From the NCBI GenBank assembly GCA_048213135.1, contig PS015035.1, positions 15,033 through 56,935 of the forward strand: a DNA stretch of 41,903 nucleotides, in the 5' to 3' direction. Numbering within the stretch: position 1 is the stretch's first letter; the number at the start of each line of letters is the position of its first letter. The DNA is from Reclinomonas americana ATCC 50394. Its lineage: Eukaryota. Made by a program: the position numbers and the translations under genes. The notes below the pieces were generated by a model. That model did no database searches. It saw nothing but the letters and a program-made list of their open reading frames with translations, and was not told the DNA's origin. Below, piece after piece: positions 28,401 to 37,820 of the stretch.

Positions 28401-29367
28401 ATCTCCATGTTGCGTCTCATGTGAATCTTGTTGGTCGCGGTGCATTCGTGCTTACAGAGTTACCAACACAGCGGAACTCGCCAGCAGAATCATCTAGTGC
28501 CGGTGGCACTCAACAACACCTTCAGCAGCCTGTGTTACTTTGCAAATCCGTCACTGTCCGATGCTGACGTTGAAGGTCATCCATTGTGCCACGTGGTTCG
28601 TCTACCGCTCGCGCCTCTTGATGTAGATCTTGGGAGCGCAGTGTCCCTCACAACCCTCTCGTTGCAACATTATTGCGTAGTCATTCTTCACCAGCGAGCT
28701 ACTGGAGGCAACGTCGACGTACTATGCAGAGTGCCGTCAGCGTGGTCTTCTCGAGGTCGTGGTTCAGAACTTCAGTTGGATGCTGGATAGCCCGGTGCAG
28801 CCCCGTCCACTGTACAAGCTTAACGGTGGTCTGTTCCGGCCGATTTCGCCAACGAGGCAGGACCCTGCGATTCGAGCCGGGGCCACCAAGGACACTGTGA
28901 AGAAGATCTACGTGCTAGTTTTCTTCAGGCAGCTCGCGCCAGGTGAGTGCATGTGGCTGTTCGAATGACCGCACACACAGAGACGTAGACGGAAGGCCGG
29001 TAGAGAGGAGTACTTGGCTGTGCATCATCCTTGTCTGTCGAGCGAGGTGATGCTGCCGCAGTGCAGCACCACTGTTGTTCTAATTGCATACTGTTTTGCA
29101 GTTCTCTACAAGCAATGGATGACTGCTCTCCGCAAGCTGTGTCCGAAGAAGTCGTCCACTGTCAAGTGGTTCATGATTGACGTCCATCGCATTGACCGGG
29201 ACGACTTGTTCAGGCAATACTTCATCAACCTGCAGCAGCCGAAAAAGCGCCCACCTGTTGACGTGTTGTGTCTGGCCATTACGGCGGAGAAAAGAAAGGG
29301 AAAAGGAAGCGGTCGCGTCTTCAAGAAGAAGATCTGCTACGATCTCGCCATGCTCCCCAGCCCGTGA
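22500..29367 (+). CDS. Large multi-exon protein: acidic disordered N-terminus, dynamin-like P-loop NTPase, helical region, C-terminal GREB1/TAGT-like glycosyltransferase-fold region
   Basis: ATG 22500, exon 1 22500-22563, exon 2 22637-23152, then about 20 exons separated by ~60-110 nt introns, mostly phase-consistent (junctions near 25545-25910 are ambiguous). P-loop VAVCGMPGSGKT (23622-23645). ATTTAA as G2-like. TTLVNLPGL (24144) as G3-like. VLKEADIV. FVWVTDSD (24567) as G4-like. C-terminal LPIFIPS (27226), LLFIVVPRGQEGMYAEHL and LAISFGFDHWLV. Stop TGA 29365-29367. Confidence 0.7.
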
Positions 29368-29487
29368 GCGTCTCGACTGGTGAGGGCACTGGAATAAACG
29401 CGTGTTTGTTTTTCATAAAACTGGCCACCACCGAATTAGCTGCCTCACATCTAAACACCAAGCAACGTAATCTTCACTAACGATCCC

Positions 29488-30017
29488 TCAAGCCACCACC
29501 ACCGTCTTCCTCACCACCTCCTGCATCGCCTCCAACACCTGCTGCGCCGTCGGCCGATCATGCACCAGCGTCATGCACCTATCACCCCACCCCCATTTCA
29601 GCACATCTGCCACCACCCCCCTCCCCCCCCCCCCATCCCTNNNNNNNNNNNNNNNNNNNNNNNNNNNNNNNNNNNNNNNNNNNNNNNNNNCCCCCCCCCC
29701 ACTCCCTACCCCCCCCCCCCCCCGCAACTGCGCTCCAACATCAAACCACCGCTGCGCCACCACCTCCGCCCACACCCCCGCACTCCCATCCACCAGCGTC
29801 ATCACCCCCAGCTCGTGCGACGACTGCGTCCGCTCCCACCGCCGACCGAGCGGCACCAACGTGGCGGCCGGCTTGCCCGTCAGCAACTGCAACAGCAGCA
29901 GGCCGACCGTATACATGTCGTTCTCGCGACGCAGCTGTCCGCCATTCTGCAGCACCAGCGGGTCCAAGTAGTCCAGCGCACCGGCCACAATGGTGGTGAC
30001 AATGTTGGACGAAGGAC
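29488..30017 (-). pseudogene. Protein kinase C-lobe (subdomains VIII-XI), Pelle/IRAK/RLK-like; degenerate gene or pseudogene
   Basis: TTIVAGALDYLDP...NDMYTVGLLLLQLLTGKPA...LVDGSAGVW...GAQ|CMTLVHDRPTAQQV, with an intron at 29728-29579 and stop at 29488. The upstream pyrimidine tract ends TGCAC rather than TGCAG, and no clear HRD/DFG/VAIK exons are visible upstream. Confidence 0.6.
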
Positions 30018-30469
30018 GGTGCAGAGAGAGAGAGAATGTGGGAGGACGAGGGACAATGCAAGGGAGACGAGGAGACAGAGTGATGGAGACGAAGGCAGGG
30101 AGAAACTCAAAATGAGAAAGAAAACGAGAGAGACAGGAGAAACGAACAGAGAGAAAAATGAGGAAAAGAAAGGGAGACGAGAAGAAAGGGAAGCACTGAG
30201 AGAGCCACATCACTCCAACAACAGCAAGGTCAGTGAACTGCACATGGCTCATCTCGCTTCGGAAATCCAGCGTTAACGAAAACTTGCAGAAGCCCAAACT
30301 CCAAGGGTCCCGAGGACTTCGTCTATCTCGTGCACCATTGACGATACAAAGTGTGGTAAATGGCTCGTTTACGCTCTTGTCTCCCATCCTTCACAACTCG
30401 GTGCAGACCACACGCACATAAGACAGTGCACACACACCGCCAGCGCACCTGACCACAACACATCCTCCC

Positions 30470-30750
30470 CATCCTCCGAATCCATCACCGCCGGGCTCCC
30501 AAATGCCCCGCAGTGCGCACTGATAGGCACACACGCGCAAACAAGCGAATAGTGCCATCGCCCACTACACATCCTCCGAATCCATCACCGGCCCCGGCTG
30601 ACCGGGCTCCCAAATGCCCAGCAGTGCACACTGATAGGCACACACGCGCGAACAAGCGAATAGTGCCACTACACGTCCTCCCCGTCCTCCGCATCCATCG
30701 CCGGCCCCGGCTGACCGGCCTTCCAAACGCCCCGCAGCACGCACTGATGG
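30470..30750. repeat. Tandem repeat, ~100-115 bp unit, about 2.5 copies
   Basis: TCCTCCG(A/C)ATCCATC(A/G)CCG at ~30472, ~30572 and ~30685. CACTGATAGGCACACACGCGC..ACAAGCGAATAGTGCCA occurs twice. Confidence 0.85.
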
Positions 30751-30849
30751 CAAAAGGCAATGTCGGCCAGCTTCATGCTCGCTGCACCAAGAGCAACACA
30801 AAAGATGAGCAAAACGGCAATCGTAAAGCATCGCATTCACACCATCACT

Positions 30850-32300
30850 CACCCTTTCGGCTGCTCGTGCGCTTCTCCTTCATCACATACAGTCGCTCAC
30901 GCATAACCAGCAGATGATCCTCAGTCACCTCCTCACCCTCCACGAGGGACCTCCGTATCATCGTGTGTTGCAACTCGTACACCGACAGTGCGTCGTCGGG
31001 AACTGCGCGTTGCGTGTGAGTGTAAAGAGAAGGAGTCCACCAAAGACTCGCTCACCGTCGCTGCCAAACACAGCATCGCAGTACGTGGCCAGCAGCTCTC
31101 CGATGACACGTCGCGGGCGCCAATCCGCCGCCTGTGAGCGACAGGCTGCTTCCAGGCGACAGAGTCGCTCACGGAGAAACACTGGAAGCTCTGCGCCATC
31201 GTCGCCGATCTCGCTGCTCGACAGACGGCGTACGGCTTCTCGCTCCAGCAGCCAGTTCATGTCGGGCACTGCCTCGCCGGGTGAATGCGCTGACGAGAGA
31301 ACATGGAGCAAGGAACTGGCACGCACCAGCATCCAACGATTCAGCAGCGTCATGTTGCTCCACTAATCGACGAACTTCGGTGAAACAAGCTGGTGCGGCA
31401 CGAGTGAGACGCCACAGGAGCGCCACATCAGAGAGGTCGCGACAAACCTGCTGCGTTTGGCATCAGGAGTGGGAGAGCCTTATGACTGCTGTGTGGCAAA
31501 GGTATCAGGCGAGGTGATCGATGAATACAGTGAACAAGTGCCTCCGTACCTTACTGGAAGGAATGTCGGTGGCAGGACTCAAGCAGTGATCGCAGGCATG
31601 TGTCGGGCGCACTGTCGCACAAGAGTGGCGAATGTGAGTTGCACAGCAGCTACTGAAACAGGCGTGGTGTTTCAATCTGCTCGAGCTGTACTCAGTTCTC
31701 CCGCTGATCTCTCTCTCCCCCCTCCTCTCTCTCCCTCCCTCCCTCCCTTTCTCCCTCTTCGCCCTTCTCTCTCTTTCACTCACTGTCCTTCGTCTAAAAT
31801 CCAACCTTGTTGTTGCATCTCCGCCACTCTCTCTGTCTCTCTCGCATCTCTGCCCATACAGTGTCTCACAGCCAGTTCTTGTAATCCCATCACTCTGCAG
31901 CGCTTCGTATCTCAGTGCTTCTGTCACATCGCAAGACAGGAGCCAGCGCATCACTTTGCTGCTCTGCCTCAGTCGGTCATCCTCTGCTCTCATTCTCCCT
32001 CAACACACCGTGCCTCACAACCTCCCTCTTTCACTCTCCCTCCCCCTCACTCTCTCTCCCTCCCCCTCACTCCTTCTGCTCCAGCGGTGACACGCAGTCA
32101 GTTCCCATCAACCCATCACTCTGCAGTGTTTCGTCTCTTTGCGACCTCAATGCATGCTTTCTCTTCTTTCTCTTCCTCTCTTGCATGATGCCTGCAATGT
32201 CTTGCTGCAGTGTCATCACGACACACTGCTGCTCTGCCTCAGTCAATGCATTCTCCTTCACTGTCTCGTCTTCTCCAATTCTCCCTCAACGCACTGTGCC
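30850..32300 (-). other. Possible upstream coding exons of the kinase-like locus (unassigned)
   Basis: Coding-looking segments with GT donors: LVEGEEVTEDHLLVMRERLYVMKEKRTSSRK (~30947-30853), MNWLLEREAVRRL...LLATYCDAVFGSDG (~31260-31056) and MKENALTEAEQQCVVMTLQQDIAG (~32261-32070). No coherent spliced model was built. Confidence 0.3.
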
Positions 32301-32910
32301 TCACAACCACCCGGTTTTCACTCTTTCTCTCTCTCTCCCTTACACATCACTCTGCAGTGATTTTGTCTTTGCAGTCTTCTGTTCTCTCTTGCGTCTGACA
32401 TGGACTCCCGATCGCCTGCCAGTCGGTGTTCTCAGTGCTTTCTTCTCTTCTCTTACTCAACACCTCGCACTCTGCTCTCATCCATCCTGCAACGTCTCCA
32501 AAGNNNNNNNNNNNNNNNNNNNNNNNNNNNNNNNNNNNNNNNNNNNNNNNNNNNNNNNNNNNNNNNNNNNNNNNNNNNNCTCTCTCTCCACTCTCCACCA
32601 CCGTCTCACTAAACTCATCGTCTGCACTTCTTCTTCATCTCTCTCACTCCCTCTCCTCACACAAACGATCCCTCCTTCCATCACAACACTCTGCACTTAT
32701 CTCACACCCTTCGCCTTCACGCACACTCACCACTGGCCTTGTGTAAGCGCGCTCTGACAACTTCTGCCGGAAAATTCACACCAATGCATCGTCTGACAAC
32801 AAAACAAAGTTTCCCCTCTCGCCAACACTGGCCCCCTTCTGAGAAAGCGCGCGAAGGAGAGACACGCACCTCTCCCCCTCTCCGCCGCTTTTCCCCACGC
32901 GGAGAGAGAC

Positions 32911-35900
32911 ATGGACGCGCCTCCTCCGCCACCGCCTCCCCGGCCACCTCCTCCTCCACCTCCTCCTCCACCTCCTCCCGCTGCCTCCTCTTCTTCTCAC
33001 CACCCTCCCCTCTTCATCTCGGATCTACCCTTCCACCCCGTCGGCGAGTCACTCTCCACCGCCGAGCACCGTGGCGGCGGTCTCTTTGACGAGGACGAAT
33101 TTGACTGTGATCGCACTCACGAGGCGGAAGATCACGATCTGTTGTTCTTTGACGGCCCACTGCAAGACATGTTGGGTCACCCGCGTGTGATCGATGCCTC
33201 GCCTCCGCTGTACATCTCGCCACCATCGCCGACAGTCAGCGGTTCGTGAATGTGAAAGAGGAGGCGGAAGTTCGGAGATCTTGACTCAATGTGACACGAG
33301 ACCCTTTGTTCTTTACTCTTTTCCTCTGCCTATTCCTTCTCCCTCCCTCGTCCCCTCCGCTGTGTTTCTCTTTCTGTTTTTCTGCTATTGTCAGAGGCTT
33401 CCAGAACTCCTCCGTATTTTAATGATCACGAATATGACGAGTTTATTTTTTGCGACCAGGTCCTCCGTCTGAGGAGCTCGTGGAGAACTTGCGGCGAGCG
33501 GATCCCTCCAGAGCCCTGGAACGAGTGCTGTACCGGGAGCACACGCTGCACGTCATCCCGGTTCGTTCGCTTTTCTGTCGTGTTTGTCTGTTTTGGACAC
33601 GAAAGGGAGGGTGGCTTGGTGTTTGCTGGTGTTGTGATCGTCACTCGCTGCTTGTGCGAGGTGATGCATGCTAGCATGCAGAGGATTCTACTACTTGTGA
33701 TTATTCGCACATCTCATCTGACAGCAGTCGGAGAAAGAGTCACGATCTCCGGCTCGGATATCCACTGCATGTTTTTGACAGAAAGAGGGGCAGCGCATGC
33801 GAGACTCACTCCTTTCTGGTGCCTGTGCACTCCCCTTCACTCTCCCATTGTCGCAGAAGTGCAGGGCACAAGATTCTTGCACTGCTGTTCGTCACGTCTT
33901 GTTTTTCACATCAGCTCTTGTCACGTCTCTGTCAGACTCTGTTGCACAGACTCCTCACGTTTCCTTTTACTCACTCTGATAATCAGTAATTCTGTCTCTC
34001 TCTGCACGCTGTCGTCGGCCTCAGTCGCAGAATAATACCGCTCAATTGTCAGTGCTTCTGTTTTTCTCTCTCTTTGTATGCCGCCATCAAATCGGCCTCA
34101 GTTGCAGAAAGTCGGCATGCTCGTCGCAACTCTTCGTTTGCTTGCCAGTCGGAGTGTACTCACTGCTGTTGTTCGTCACGACACTTTCACTCAGCATGAT
34201 AATCAGTTCTCAGCCTCTCCTCTCTGCACAGTTGCAAAACAATACTCATGTCTTTGCTCAATAGTCAGTGCTTCTCTCTCTCTCTCTGCGTCGAATCAAC
34301 CTTCGTTGCGGAATGTGCACATGCTCCTCGCAACGCTTCCTGTCTCTCAGCCTGACGATCAGTGCTTGTCTCTCGGAGAATACTCACTGCCGTTGTCACT
34401 TTCACTCGGCTTGATAATCAGTTTCTCTGTCTCTGCATGTCGCCGTCAGCCTCAGTTGCAAAACAATACTCGTGTCTTCACTCACTAGTCAGTGCTTCTG
34501 TTTTCTCTCTCCTCGTATGATCAGTTGCAGAAGATTGGCATGCTCGCCACCTCTAATCCTTTCACTCGGCCAGTTAATCAGTGTCTGTGTCTCGGAGAAT
34601 ACTCGCTGCTGTTGCTCTCCACGCTCTTCCTTTCACTCACTCAGCCTATCAATCAGTGCCTGTGCTTCTCTCTGCATGCTGTCTCAGTCTCTGTTGCAGA
34701 AATATACTCGTGTCTTCACTCACCAGTCAGTGCGTATGTCTCTCTCTCTCCCTTTGCGCGCCGCCATTGAATCAACCTCAGTTGCAGAAGATTGGCAACT
34801 CTTCCTTCTTGCTTGTATCTCACTCTCGTTCATCGCCACGCTTCTTGTCACTCACTCAGCCTGAAAGTCAGTGCCTTTGTTTCTTCGCACCCTTGTTGCG
34901 AAGATCGGCAACGGGGATACTCGCATCTGTCGCTTCTCACGATTACTCTTCGCGAGTCTCTCTGCACGCTGTTTTTTCATCAGCCTCGACTGCAGAAGAG
35001 CACCCGCGACTCGCGCTTCCTTTCAGCGCTAGTTTCTCTGCACGGCACTTCAGAGATCTTCAGTCGCACCCAATTACAGTTTGCGCAGCCTTGGCAAACC
35101 CACTTTACTTGCTCATCTCTCATACTAATCACAATTCTCTTCCGGTTCGCTCTGTGCTCACCACCTCAGACAGTCTCAGTTGCAGATGCGCAGCACAGCC
35201 AGATTTCCACTGCTCCAGCAGCCACTGCCGTCTCTTATTTCTACCTGTCTTCTCTCACAGAAGAGAATCACATTGCTTGTACCAATGCTCGTCTTTTCGT
35301 TTATCCCACACTAACTGCTTCCTGCTGCACACCATATCTGACAGCCTCACAGCACTTTCTCCGTTTCACTCACAACCTTTCTTTCGTCGCGTTAAACCTC
35401 TGTTGTCTAAGCAGACTTGCATTCTCTTTTCAGTTCTCCGAGCTCTTCTTTTCCCCTTGTCCTTCTTTAGTTCCCTTTCGTCCCCCTTTCCCTTCTCCTT
35501 CCCCTCACCCCATCCCCTCCCCTCTCACCCCCTCCCCCCCATCCCTTCCCCCCTTCCAGATCGGCGACCACGTCCACATCGTCACTGGCGCCCGGTGGCC
35601 CCTCCACCCACTCTCCCTCAACGACGACCTCAACCTCCGCGTCTCCGACGTCCTCAGCATCGACTGCGTGCTCGACCGCCGATACCTGGCCCGCGGCATG
35701 CTCGGACGACAGTGCGTGCTCGAGATGCACTATCACGGCCTCGCCGACAATGGCGGCCTGATGAAGCCGGTGAACTTTCACTTGCTGCGCCGATCGGGCG
35801 AGCGGTGTCGAGTCTTGCGTGCCTCGGTGACACTCATTCGCGACCGCGAGAATCGCGCGTCGCACTTTGAGATGACGTGCACGCCCACCAACACTGGTCT

Positions 35901-37210
35901 CACGCTCCACAGTCGGCAAGCCAAGGTGCTTCATGAAGCTAGCTTCCTTGATCACACAAGGTACCCACTCTTCTCTTTCCGCAGAACGAGTCGCAGCGAC
36001 CGTCGTCACGACACCCATCAGTCGACAAGTTGCACTTCTCGCTGGATGTGGAGATTGTCATGCCCAGCGGCCAACCGTGCAACGTGCCGCTGGAGTGCGA
36101 CCTGCCGCTGGTGTTGCGGAATCGCACCGCCCAAGTGCCTCTGTTCGCCAGTCACATTACGTGGGCGGCGGTCGACCCGAGTGCCACGGCCATGCTGGCC
36201 GCATGCTCAGCTCACGATCCCGGCCTGTGCGTCATGGAGCGCGCCGGCGGGACAATCAGTTGCGGCAAATAGGGGGAAAGGCGCACTCGCTCGTCGTGCG
36301 CTTACAGACGTGAGGTGTGCAGATTTTACGCCATCGAGCACCTACGTTCGCCTGGCGCCCGACAGCAAAGTCCAGCTGTCGTTCACCTTTCCCCCGGACT
36401 TCCTGCAGCTCGTCCCCGACGTGTGTGCCGTCGGCCTAGTGACCGCCTGGAGCAGTGTGAAAGCGCATACCATGGTCAGCAGTTGCTACTGTGCTCTTTC
36501 CCTAAAATTTGCGGCGCTCACCGTGGTGCAGGTGCCCGACGTCTTCCGCATCACGGCCGCCGGCGTCGACCACAGCACCAGGCCCTTTGATCAGATCTTT
36601 GTGGAGCTACATGGTGGGCGTGTACGCAGCAGGGCGTGCCTGCTGGTCGCCGTCATGCGATCCACGGGCGTCATTGGTGTGTACGCGCAGCAGTGTGTGG
36701 TCGACGTGCGGCCGGAGCGTGCTGCCCTTTCGGGTGAGAGTGTGTGGTGTGTAAGGGAGACTGCCAACAATACTTGCTCTCATTCCATTGCAGCCGATGT
36801 CGACGCCAAGCGCAGACGAAGGAGAAAGACCGCGGCGGCCGATAGCCAAGATGGCAGCGACGACGATGGTTGGCTGATTTCTTTATTCTCTCTCTCTTTC
36901 GCTCTCTATCTCTCACTATTTCCACAGCCGATGATCCGCGTCCGCGCAAACGAGGCGCACGGGACGCCGATCAATGAGTGCATCAGGAGTGTCGCCATCG
37001 AATGGCGTCATCGTTTTAGTAAGCAGATCGACAGAACGATCGGTAACTTGTATCGAGTGAAGGGGGGAATTGTTGGCTTGTTTACTCGATCTGTGCGACT
37101 ACCCAACTGACTGTACTTCTGCTTCTCGACGGACGCAATATGATGCGCAGCTGTGCATATGCATCAGTGACTATCCCAAGTGACATACTGAGAATCATCG
37201 GTGACTTGCA
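32911..37210 (+). CDS. Unknown multi-exon protein with poly-Pro/acidic N-terminus, beta-rich core and basic NLS (possible transcription factor)
   Basis: ATG 32911. Phase-consistent exons 32911-33241, 33460-33560, 35560-35925, 35985-~36258, ~36323-36474, ~36532-36733, ~36793-36868 (KRRRRRK) and ~36928-37070. High GC3. The 3' end is uncertain. Confidence 0.6.
33978..35050. repeat. Degenerate intronic repeat array
   Basis: Recurring TCAGTTGCAGAA, GTCTC(TC)GGAGAATACTC, AATCAGT and AATACTCGTGTCTTCACTCAC motifs at roughly 200-250 bp spacing within intron 33561-35559. Confidence 0.65.
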
Positions 37211-37800
37211 AGTAGAACTTCTTCGCTCTCTGTTCTTTTCTCTCTTTCTCTCACTCTCCCTCCCTCCCCCTTCCCCTCTCCTTCCCTCCCCCTTTCCCTA
37301 TAGTCCTCTGAAGTACCTTCTCTAACCCAAGTGACATACTGAGAAACATCGGTGACTTGCAAGTAAACTTCTTCGCTCTCTCACTCCGTCTGTGTCTCTT
37401 TCTCTCCCTCTTCCCCCTCTCCCTCCCTTTCCCTTTCTCTCTCCTTCCCTCCCCCTTCCCCACTTTTCCCTTTCCCTATAATCCTTTGCTCTCAAGCGAC
37501 ATACTGAGAATCATCGGTGACTTGCAAGTAGAACTTCTTCGTTCTCTGTTCTTTTCTCCCTCCCTCCCCCTCTCCCTCCCTCTCCTTTTCTCTCCCTCAC
37601 TCCCCCTTCCCCTCTTTATCCCTTTCCCTATAATCCTCTGAAGTACCGTCTCTATCCCAAGTGACATACTGAGAATCATCGGTGACTTGCAAGTAGAACT
37701 GATTTGCTCTCATTTCTTTTCTCACTTTCCCTGTCTCCTTCCCCTTTTTCCCTTCCCCTCTCCTCCCTTTCCCTCTCTATCCCTTTCCCTATAATCCTCT
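37175..37800. repeat. Four-copy tandem repeat: conserved ~45 bp core plus variable polypyrimidine spacer (150-166 bp period)
   Basis: CAAG(T/C)GACATACTGAGAA(T/A)CATCGGTGACTTGCAAGTA(G)AACT at ~37177, ~37328, ~37493 and ~37658. Spacers end in TTTCCCTATA or a close variant. Confidence 0.9.
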
Positions 37801-37820
37801 ATATTATCCCCTTTACTAAT

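Noticed and set aside
30010-30200. U12-type AT-AC intron explaining the CAC acceptor of the kinase exon
   Set aside because: No ATATCC donor or TCCTTAAC branch point is visible on the minus strand.
34792-37110. 772-aa single-exon protein
   Set aside because: It is a mosaic of intron sequence and true exons. The coding frame shifts at intron 35926-35984.
37175-37800. CRISPR-like repeat-spacer array
   Set aside because: Spacers are 105-120 nt, low-complexity and homologous to each other. The context is eukaryotic and there are no cas genes.
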